Below are positions 16,208 to 22,668 of a DNA stretch of 38,228 bases, one piece after another; within the stretch, counting starts at the first letter, position 1, and every line of letters begins with the position of its first letter. The notes under the pieces were generated by a model. The model had not been told where the DNA came from and did no database searches. It worked only from the letters and a program-made list of their open reading frames with translations. Both the position numbers and the translations under genes were made by a program. Source of the DNA: a virus. The stretch covers positions 1 to 38,228 of the IMG/VR virus record IMGVR_UViG_3300045988_064337; one strand, given 5' to 3'.

Positions 16208-16603
16208 TTAATTTTTTTTCACTAGTTCGCGGAGAAAATCTATCTGCGCCTCCTTGTCCTTCAGCTGTTCCCTCAGCATCTCGTTCTCCTTCTCCAGCAC
16301 CGCCATCCTCGTCGATTCCGTCGACGGCTTCGCAACGCCTCGCCCGATGTTAACCACCGCATCCCCGCCATTGTTGTTCCCCGCAATTATGCTCCCCTCG
16401 CCCGTCAGCATCGAAACGTCCCAGCCCTTTGTATTATTTAAAAGTTTATTAAACTTTTCCTCTGAAATCTTAACTCTACCAGTTTCTATCAATGAAACAA
16501 AACTTTTCTTTATCCCTAAATACTCCCCCAATTCCGTCTGTGTTAATTTATTACACTGTCTAAATTTCTTCAAATCCATAATTTTATCGAAAATACTTAT
16601 CAA
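16208..16603 (-). CDS. XRE-family HTH repressor with a leucine-zipper-like helix (paralog 2)
   Basis: Contains FRQCNKLTQTELGEYLGIKKSFVSLIETG, then GNNNGG, then AVLEKENEMLREQL. The internal Met at 16579 (MDLKKFRQ) aligns best with the paralog 1 start. Confidence 0.75.
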   Translation of the reverse strand: MISIFDKIMDLKKFRQCNKLTQTELGEYLGIKKSFVSLIETGRVKISEEKFNKLLNNTKGWDVSMLTGEGSIIAGNNNGGDAVVNIGRGVAKPSTESTRMAVLEKENEMLREQLKDKEAQIDFLRELVKKN

Positions 16604-16613
16604 ACTTTTTCCA

Positions 16614-16621
16614 TAAGTTTG
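16614..16621 (+). promoter_or_regulatory. Candidate -7 box TAAGTTTG (rightward)
   Basis: Exact TAnnTTTG match in the divergent intergenic region. Confidence 0.35.
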
Positions 16622-16644
16622 TTGGAAGTATAGTAAACTTTATA

Positions 16645-16652
16645 TACCTTTG
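16645..16652 (+). promoter_or_regulatory. Candidate -7 box TACCTTTG (rightward)
   Basis: Exact TAnnTTTG match, mirrored by the same octamer on the minus strand at 16678-16685. Confidence 0.35.
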
Positions 16653-16677
16653 CTTTCGGTTACCTACCTACCAACGA

Positions 16678-16685
16678 CAAAGGTA
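16678..16685 (-). promoter_or_regulatory. Candidate -7 box TACCTTTG (leftward, toward the repressor)
   Basis: The + strand reads CAAAGGTA. Confidence 0.35.
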
Positions 16686-16712
16686 GCAAAAACCGAGTAA
16701 AAAACAAGAACT

Positions 16713-16946
16713 ATGGCACAGGACAATTACACCGAGTTAACTAAAGTTAACGAAAAAGGAAAGGGCATGAAAAACTGGAATATCGACAGAATAGCCAGCA
16801 AGGCAATAGGCATAGCGATACTGCTTGCCGGAATTGGATACTTCTTTTTCGGCACCTTTCAGCAGGACGAGATAAGGTTCGTCGCCTTTGCCGCCTGCGT
16901 GGCAATCGGCATGCGGATAATGAAGGATGACAGGTCAGATAAATAG
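16713..16946 (+). CDS. Small two-TM membrane protein; first rightward gene
   Basis: 77 aa, with segments AIGIAILLAGIGYFFFG and FVAFAACVAIGMRIM. Confidence 0.55.
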   Translation: MAQDNYTELTKVNEKGKGMKNWNIDRIASKAIGIAILLAGIGYFFFGTFQQDEIRFVAFAACVAIGMRIMKDDRSDK

Positions 16947-17000
16947 GCGTGCAAGCCTGTGAAGGTGAGCACCCTGCACAAATCAATAAATAACATCAGA

Positions 17001-17030
17001 GCTGCCTGTTCACAGGCAAGAGCAGGCAGC
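17001..17030 (+). other. Hairpin GCTGCCTG/CAGGCAGC with an alternative inner stem GCCTG-TTCA-CAGGC
   Basis: The 8-bp perfect arms are 17001-17008 and 17023-17030. Confidence 0.5.
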
Positions 17031-17036
17031 GAACGT

Positions 17037-17127
17037 GGGGAACTTGCACGGGTGGCGTGCCGTCCGCCGTCTGAAAGCAGAAACAGACCGGCAACGAGGG
17101 AAGGTTCGAGACCTCCGTTCCCCACCA
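17037..17127 (+). ncRNA. tRNA-like cloverleaf element with a non-canonical anticodon arm
   Basis: 7-bp acceptor stem GGGGAAC/GTTCCCC followed by A-CCA. D stem GCAC/GTGC. T arm GAAGG-TTCGAGA-CCTCC. The central hairpin 17066-17092 has a 10-nt loop instead of a 7-nt anticodon loop. Confidence 0.4.
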
Positions 17128-17147
17128 ACCAAAAAAAGGAGAAAAAG

Positions 17148-17342
17148 ATGCAAGGAAAAATCAACGTTGCGGGAACAATCAAGATGCTGGATGTCGGCGA
17201 ATCATTCGTATTCACCTCCAGCCAAATCAAATACACGTCGCTGATCTGCGCGTGCTCGAAACTCCGGAAGGATGACGGGCGGGTGCGCTACGGGATCAAG
17301 ACAATTTCGGAAGGAACCTACAGAGTCACACGTTATGAGTAG
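17148..17342 (+). CDS. Hypothetical protein (64 aa from MQGKINVAG)
   Basis: AAAGGAG lies upstream of the ATG at 17148. The listed longer ORF from 16959 reads through the structured, RNA-like region. Confidence 0.55.
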   Translation: MQGKINVAGTIKMLDVGESFVFTSSQIKYTSLICACSKLRKDDGRVRYGIKTISEGTYRVTRYE

Positions 17343-17610
17343 CATTGAATTTTTAGCCCAGAACTACGAGCAGGTGAGCGAGCTCATCGCCGGGGCAATC
17401 GTCAGGCGCGTAAAGCCCGTGGATGACGAGCTCAGCGAAAGCGAGGCCCAGAAGGCATACGGAACTCGGTGGCTGAACCGGATGCGCGATGCCGGGCTCG
17501 CGAAATTCACACGGATCAGCAACAAGAAAATCTACAGCCGGCTTCAACTCGACTGCCTAAAAGCGGCGGAACGGGAACAGGCGAAACTGATAATCAAAAA
17601 AAACAATTGA
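17335..17610 (+). CDS. Small DNA-binding protein, excisionase/HTH-like
   Basis: The ATG at 17335 overlaps the upstream stop. The sequence is MSSIEFLAQ...SEAQKAYGTRWLNRMRDAGLAKFTRISNKKIYSRLQLDCL. Confidence 0.4.
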   Translation: MSSIEFLAQNYEQVSELIAGAIVRRVKPVDDELSESEAQKAYGTRWLNRMRDAGLAKFTRISNKKIYSRLQLDCLKAAEREQAKLIIKKNN

Positions 17611-17613
17611 AAT

Positions 17614-17784
17614 ATGACAGCGACAATCACAGCGGCAGACCAGCGGAGGCTGGCGGAAGCAAGGCACTTCCTGTACTGCGACTTCACGGACGAATTCATG
17701 GCCTCTTTCGACACCCAGGAGGCAAGGGGCGCAGCAGAAACACTCAAGAAGAACCAATATCACAGGGCGGAAGACAATGTTTAA
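17614..17784 (+). CDS. Small hypothetical protein (56 aa, below the ORF-track cutoff)
   Basis: MTATITAADQRRLAEARHFLYCDFTDEFMASFDTQEARGAAETLKKNQYHRAEDNV. It overlaps the next ATG by 8 nt (ATGTTTAA). Confidence 0.4.
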   Translation: MTATITAADQRRLAEARHFLYCDFTDEFMASFDTQEARGAAETLKKNQYHRAEDNV

Positions 17785-17965
17785 GAAGGATGACATCATC
17801 GTCTGGATGACGGTGAACGGAAAGCGAAGCGGCAGGGTCATCTGCCACGACACCCTCGGCTTGGGCTATATGATAGTGGCGCTTTCAAACAACCGACGAA
17901 TGCTGGTGCACGAGTCAAGTGCCTCGCTCAAGACGGACACGACGGTAGTCAATTATCATCGTTAA
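17777..17965 (+). CDS. Hypothetical protein
   Basis: 62-aa ORF, translationally coupled to the upstream ORF. Confidence 0.5.
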   Translation: MFKKDDIIVWMTVNGKRSGRVICHDTLGLGYMIVALSNNRRMLVHESSASLKTDTTVVNYHR

Positions 17966-18132
17966 CAATCATAGTCTTAAAGTCCCCCGCAGGGATGCGC
18001 GGGCAACGGAAGGATGACATTATATGTGGTTTAGTACAGGTAACAATGTTGTTTCAATCGTCAAAACCTTCCGTTTATCCCTGGAGGGGTGAAACTCTCC
18101 AGGGGTACGAAACCAACAAAAAACAAAGTAAT

Positions 18133-18819
18133 ATGGAAAAGAAATCAGAAACGACAGCGAAGCCGGCAGGGCTTTATCGGAAGCTCCTCGAGCTGCAGAA
18201 GGCTGTGCGCGGATTGTTGCCGGATGCAAACGGCGGCGGACAGAGGAACTCTTACAAGTTCATTTCAGGATCGAAACTCCTCGGACATCTGCGCCCGAAG
18301 ATGAACGCTCTCGGACTCCTCCTGAAGCAGGAAGTCATAGAAATCTCCAACGACAGAACTGACTATTCAACTACGACCGGAATGCGGTCAGAGATGTTCA
18401 CGTCAATCAAGATGAGATTCACGTGGGTGGACACCGACACGGGTGAGAAGGATGAGAACCTGTTCTTCGCCAACGGCCTAAACGGATGGGACAAGGGCCT
18501 CGGAAGCGCGTTGACATATGGAGAGAGGTACTTCCTGCTCAAATTCTTCCACATCCCGTCTGACGAGGATGATGTTGACGGGCTGCCGATCGTTGAGGCG
18601 ATGCCTGCTCCGGCTCCGGCCGTCCAGAAGAGATCCGCCGCCGACTTCGCGGTCGTAGAACCCGGAGACAAGACCTACAACAAGCTGATGGCGCGGATAG
18701 CGTTCGGACAGATAGATACTGTCGAGCGGGCACTTGCGAGCGGGATGAAGATATCTGAAAACGCACTTGCGCTGCTCACGCAGGCGCAAAGAGACTATAA
18801 ACCAAATCAACAATTTTAA
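18133..18819 (+). CDS. erf: ERF-family single-strand annealing recombinase
   Basis: Contains LYRKLLELQKAV...NSYKFISGSKLLGHLRPKMNALGLLL...GSALTYGERYFLLKFF. The start is set at MEKKSETT. Confidence 0.8.
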   Translation: MEKKSETTAKPAGLYRKLLELQKAVRGLLPDANGGGQRNSYKFISGSKLLGHLRPKMNALGLLLKQEVIEISNDRTDYSTTTGMRSEMFTSIKMRFTWVDTDTGEKDENLFFANGLNGWDKGLGSALTYGERYFLLKFFHIPSDEDDVDGLPIVEAMPAPAPAVQKRSAADFAVVEPGDKTYNKLMARIAFGQIDTVERALASGMKISENALALLTQAQRDYKPNQQF

Positions 18820-18824
18820 CAATT

Positions 18825-19376
18825 ATGGAAACAAGAAACGAATCACAGAGATTGTCTCTGTACGACCTCCAGGCGCTTGCCTTCAGGACGGAACTCGAAC
18901 TCGAGGAAAGCGGCGGAGAACTGACTCCGGAAATCGAGCAGGCGCTCGCCACGACGGAAGCGGAAATTCCGCGAAAGATTGACGCCTACAAGGGTTATCT
19001 GGACTTCCTTGCAGCCAGGGCCGAGCAGCTCGCCCAGACGATCAAGACGCTCCAGGCGAAGAAGAAAGCGGCCGAAAATGCAACCAAGAGAGTTCGCGAG
19101 TATGTGAAGGACACCATGACGACTTTCGGACTCAAGAAAATCAAAGGTGACGTGTACACTGCGACACTGACCGAGAAGAAAGGCATTGACGTCAATGAGG
19201 ATGAGGTTCTCGCGCCTTACAAGGACAGGGCTCTTGCCTTCTCGGAAAGCCTTCCTCCTTACATCTCCGTCGAGCTGAAGATAAGCAAGACCGGCATCTC
19301 GGATGTGACGAAGGACAATGACGTGCTGCCTGCAGGCATCACCAGGACAAAGAGCGACGTGCTCACAATCAGATAG
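18825..19376 (+). CDS. Siphovirus Gp157-like protein
   Basis: 183 aa. It has an N-terminal coiled coil and a KIKGDVYTATL segment, and lies next to ERF and SSB as in Gp157-type modules. Confidence 0.6.
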   Translation: METRNESQRLSLYDLQALAFRTELELEESGGELTPEIEQALATTEAEIPRKIDAYKGYLDFLAARAEQLAQTIKTLQAKKKAAENATKRVREYVKDTMTTFGLKKIKGDVYTATLTEKKGIDVNEDEVLAPYKDRALAFSESLPPYISVELKISKTGISDVTKDNDVLPAGITRTKSDVLTIR

Positions 19377-19382
19377 CGCTTT

Positions 19383-20246
19383 ATGGTTGCTAAAAGGGAA
19401 TCATTCGTATATCACCTTAACTGGGAGGAAGTATTGGACAACTTGCCAGAGGAGGTCAGGGAGGAGGTGCGCGGCGGCATAATCGGGTATGCCCGCACGG
19501 GGGTCGCCCCCGAACTGAAACCTTTGGCAAAAGTAGCCTTCGAGTTCGTGAAGCGTGATATGGACTGGGATTTTCAGAAGTACCAGACAATGGTGGCCAA
19601 CAGAGTTGAGAGCGGAAAGAAGGGAGCGGCGACGAGGGAAGCAAATGCAAGCATCGCCAAGCAGAACCAAGCAAACCAAGCAAGTGCTTCTTTTGCTAAG
19701 CAATCCAAGCAGGCGGAAGCAAATCAAGCTGTATATGATAATGATAATGATAATGTCACACAATGTGTGTGTGATAATAGCGCGCAGGAGCGCGCGAGGG
19801 AGCACACCACACCACACACAGAGTTTGATTTTTACTTTCCGATTTTTTGGAAACGTAACATTATCGCAGCGGAAGCCGAGACGCGCAGGTTCCTTGACTT
19901 CTACGAGGCTGCAGGCTGGATACTGGAGAAGGGCGCAAAGTTGGACACGGACGCAAAACGCCTTGCAAAGGCCAGGCAATGGAAGCCTGAGAAGCCGGGC
20001 AAGCGCTTCCCCGAGGACTTCCTGAAAGTCTGGTGGCAGTTGGCGCAGGCGGCTCCGACGGAGGAAATCAGAGGGCAGATGCTGTCCGACAGGGTGGCAG
20101 TCGACATGACCGGAACGGAACCGGTGGTGCGGATTGGCGCGGCGACTCACGCCTGGATAACGGGCGAAGGCAGGAGCATCGCGGAGAAAGCGCTTGCGGG
20201 AGATTGGCTGAAGGGCCGCGTGCAGCTCAAATTCAGAGCATTCTAA
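19383..20246 (+). CDS. Replication-module protein (two domains joined by a low-complexity linker that carries ori-like repeats)
   Basis: 287 aa. The N-terminus reads FVYHLNWEEVLDNLPEEVREEVRGGIIGY. The linker reads AKQNQANQASASFAKQSKQAEANQAVYDNDNDN. Confidence 0.6.
   Translation: MVAKRESFVYHLNWEEVLDNLPEEVREEVRGGIIGYARTGVAPELKPLAKVAFEFVKRDMDWDFQKYQTMVANRVESGKKGAATREANASIAKQNQANQASASFAKQSKQAEANQAVYDNDNDNVTQCVCDNSAQERAREHTTPHTEFDFYFPIFWKRNIIAAEAETRRFLDFYEAAGWILEKGAKLDTDAKRLAKARQWKPEKPGKRFPEDFLKVWWQLAQAAPTEEIRGQMLSDRVAVDMTGTEPVVRIGAATHAWITGEGRSIAEKALAGDWLKGRVQLKFRAF
19655..19830 (+). repeat. Iteron-like CCAAGCA repeats, a (GATAAT)3 AT-rich tract, and palindromes
   Basis: CCAAGCA occurs at 19657, 19667, 19676 and 19705, with variants nearby. 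The AT-rich tract is tatatgataatgataatgataatg. Then come TCACACAatgTGTGTGTGA and repeated AGCGCGC. Confidence 0.6.
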
Positions 20247-20287
20247 AATCAAGATTTTACACAACAAAAAAACAGGAGGAAAAAATT

Positions 20288-20788
20288 ATGGCATTGAACA
20301 AGGTAATGCTGATAGGCAACGTGGGAAAGGATCCGGAAGTCCGCTATCTCGAGACTCCGGAACATCCGAAGGTGGCGCAGTTCACGCTTGCGACAACCGA
20401 AAAGTACAAGGCGAAGGACGGAAGCGTCACGGAACAAACGGAGTGGCACAACATCGTGGCATGGCGAGGGCTGGCGGACATCGCCGAGAAATACATACAC
20501 AAAGGCTCGCCGCTGTATGTCGAGGGAAGGCTGCGCACGAGGAGCTGGGAAGCACCGGGCGGTCAGACGTGCTATCGCACGGAGATAGTCGCGGACGGCA
20601 TTCAGATGCTCGGCCCGAAGCCGAAGGACGGACAGGGCGGCCAGGCACAGTCACAGGCGCAGGCGCAAAGGACTTGGGAAGAACCGAGACAGCCGAGGGC
20701 TGACGCAGCAGCAGCGAGGCCGGTAGTGCCGGCTTACGGAATGGCAGAGGCAATGTACGAGGATCCGAAAGATGACCTGCCGTTCTGA
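20288..20788 (+). CDS. ssb: Single-stranded DNA-binding protein
   Basis: Contains MALNKVMLIGNVGKDPEVRY...TEWHNIVAWRGLADIAEKYIHKGSPLYVEGRLRTRSW and the C-terminal tip DDLPF. Confidence 0.9.
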   Translation: MALNKVMLIGNVGKDPEVRYLETPEHPKVAQFTLATTEKYKAKDGSVTEQTEWHNIVAWRGLADIAEKYIHKGSPLYVEGRLRTRSWEAPGGQTCYRTEIVADGIQMLGPKPKDGQGGQAQSQAQAQRTWEEPRQPRADAAAARPVVPAYGMAEAMYEDPKDDLPF

Positions 20789-21014
20789 CGACCTGCCGCC
20801 GATAACATTGACGGCAAAGGAACACCAGGCGCTGCGCACCTGCATCGGCAGGCTGCTGAGGCTGGGGATAAAGGACAATCGGCTGACGAACATCACAAGT
20901 CAGATGTCGCTCGCTTTGAAGAAAAGCGCGAGAAGGGCGGAGAAGTCCGCCACAATGAAACGAAACACGCAAGGTGGTATAGTTGACCGATTGGTTGAAA
21001 ACAAATCAAATTAG
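20772..21014 (+). CDS. Hypothetical protein
   Basis: 80-aa ORF overlapping the ssb end by 17 nt. Confidence 0.4.
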   Translation: MTCRSDDLPPITLTAKEHQALRTCIGRLLRLGIKDNRLTNITSQMSLALKKSARRAEKSATMKRNTQGGIVDRLVENKSN

Positions 21015-21034
21015 CGGCATTTAAACGAGAAACA

Positions 21035-21286
21035 ATGTTACCAAAAAACGATATCAATATGAAAGCGGAACAGGAAAAGAAGAAAGAGTGCCCGTTCAAG
21101 AAAGGAGACAAGGTGCTGGTTAGAGATTCAGACACATTATGGAGGTTCGACATGTTCGTTTATTATGATGAGAATGCACGTTATCCGTATGAATGTAACG
21201 GTAGTGAATACGAGCTGTGCATCCCTCTGAACGAGCACACGTGGCAACTCTTAGGTACGATGGACGAATACAAGGAGGATGAATAG
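21035..21286 (+). CDS. Hypothetical protein, paralogous to the C-terminal half of 21289..21780
   Basis: Shared pattern: F.KGDKVLV..D..W...F...C.G..YE.CIP.N..T..L.GT.D. Confidence 0.6.
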   Translation: MLPKNDINMKAEQEKKKECPFKKGDKVLVRDSDTLWRFDMFVYYDENARYPYECNGSEYELCIPLNEHTWQLLGTMDEYKEDE

Positions 21287-21288
21287 TT

Positions 21289-21780
21289 ATGAATGAAAAT
21301 CTTAATCTCTGTGAAATCTTGAAGCATTGTCCGGCAGGGACCAAATTCTGGTCTCCTGTATGGGGTGATGTGTTTTTGGTAGAAATAAAGAAAAAAATAG
21401 ACGGGGCCGCATTTATTCCAATAGTCATATCTGCTTTCGGGTTTAAGGATATATCTCTTTTCGCGAATGGTAGGTATTCTATTGAAGACGAGGCTGAATG
21501 CGTCATTTTTCCGTCTAAAGACCAACGCGATTGGAGAAAGTTCAAGGGCCCGAAGTTCGACCCGACAGACTTGAAGCCGTTTGACAAGGTGTTAGTCAAA
21601 CGCCCAGACGGACAATGGACCTGCAACTTTTTCAGTGACATGTCTCTGGAACCAGAAAACGAAAAAGTGTGCTGTGTCGGTATGATTGGTTATGAATGTA
21701 TTCCCTATAACGATGAAACACAACATTTGGTTGGCACTTCTGATGATTGCCCGGATTACTACAAATGGTGGGAGGAATAA
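21289..21780 (+). CDS. Hypothetical two-domain protein
   Basis: 163-aa ORF in the AT-rich cassette region. Confidence 0.6.
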   Translation: MNENLNLCEILKHCPAGTKFWSPVWGDVFLVEIKKKIDGAAFIPIVISAFGFKDISLFANGRYSIEDEAECVIFPSKDQRDWRKFKGPKFDPTDLKPFDKVLVKRPDGQWTCNFFSDMSLEPENEKVCCVGMIGYECIPYNDETQHLVGTSDDCPDYYKWWEE

Positions 21781-21782
21781 TC

Positions 21783-22040
21783 ATGACAATAGGAGAAAAA
21801 GCAAAAGAAATTATACCAGACGCTTTTGATGAGGACGAAATACTCCCTGCAAGAGTAGGATTTATTGTAAAGCAGCAAAGACTTGCATTTCGTCAAGGAG
21901 CGGAATGGATGATTGAAAAGGCAGTAAAGTGGTTAAAGGAGAATGCCCAGAACTACTATAAGGACGCATCAATGCATGACAATTGTTGGTATGACGATGA
22001 ACAGATGATAGAAGATTTCCAAAAAGCAATGGAGGAATAA
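21783..22040 (+). CDS. Hypothetical protein (85 aa from MTIGEKAKE)
   Basis: It ends in ...FQKAMEE*. The ATG lies 2 nt after the upstream stop. Confidence 0.55.
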   Translation: MTIGEKAKEIIPDAFDEDEILPARVGFIVKQQRLAFRQGAEWMIEKAVKWLKENAQNYYKDASMHDNCWYDDEQMIEDFQKAMEE

Positions 22041-22042
22041 TT

Positions 22043-22276
22043 ATGAAAATCAGTGCAAAAGCAAAGGATTACAGGAATGAAAGGTCAATATTCTTCGGAT
22101 GCTATCGAGATGTCGATGAAGGTGACCTCGAAGATGCTTTTATTGATGGTGCACAGTGGATGTAATCAGAATTGATAGAAAAAGCCGTCGAATGGTTTAA
22201 GAATCAAAAGGAAGAGATAGGAATATCTTGGATTGAGGATTACGAGATTAGATTTAGAAAAGCAATGGAGGAATAG
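22043..22276 (+). pseudogene. Paralog of 21783..22040 interrupted by an in-frame TAA (22163-22165)
   Basis: MKISAKAK...DAFIDGAQWM*SELIEKAVEWFKNQ...IRFRKAMEE* aligns on both sides of the stop with ...LAFRQGAEWMIEKAVKWLKEN...EDFQKAMEE*. Confidence 0.6.
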
Positions 22277-22278
22277 TT

Positions 22279-22668
22279 ATGGAACAATTCAGTTTAACAG
22301 AATATCTCAAGAATCCAACCAGACCTATCGTCACGAGGGACGGCAGGAGAGTAAGGATTGTTTGCACGGATAGAAATCACAAAGAACACCCGATAGTAGC
22401 TCTTGTGCAAATAGACGGTGAGGAAAGAGTGTGCAGTTATATGGAAGATGGTATGTATCTAATGAGTGGCAACCAAAGTTCAAGGGATTTATTCTTCGCG
22501 CCGGAACCCAAGACTAAAAGAGTAGGCTGGATGAACGTCAACAAATATGGAGACGACAAACACTTCTCTCTCGTGGGTGGTGTTATTCACCAGACACGTG
22601 AGCAGGCGTTGACTGAGCGACCGGATTATGTCGTGGATACGATTCAAATCAGATGGGAGGAGAAATAA
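22279..22668 (+). CDS. Hypothetical protein
   Basis: 129-aa ORF. Confidence 0.6.
   Translation: MEQFSLTEYLKNPTRPIVTRDGRRVRIVCTDRNHKEHPIVALVQIDGEERVCSYMEDGMYLMSGNQSSRDLFFAPEPKTKRVGWMNVNKYGDDKHFSLVGGVIHQTREQALTERPDYVVDTIQIRWEEK

Noticed and set aside
17037-17127. Reading the element as a canonical tRNA or as an ochre/amber/opal suppressor that could explain the in-frame TAA codons
   Set aside because: No 5-bp stem with a 7-nt anticodon loop can be drawn. The loop AAAGCAGAAA contains no TTA, CTA or TCA.
16959-17147. N-terminal 63 codons of listed ORF 16959..17342
   Set aside because: The composition is Arg/Pro/Ser-rich and the stretch overlies the tRNA-like cloverleaf. A good RBS and ATG at 17148 begin the credible part. 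The N-terminal extensions 17995-18132 (erf), 20033-20287 (ssb), 17272-17334 and 21747-21782 were trimmed for similar reasons.
19401-20267. 288-aa minus-strand ORF covering the whole replication-module gene
   Set aside because: The translation is Arg/Leu/Pro-rich and does not look like protein. The + strand product has recognisable domain-like sequence and fits the operon orientation.
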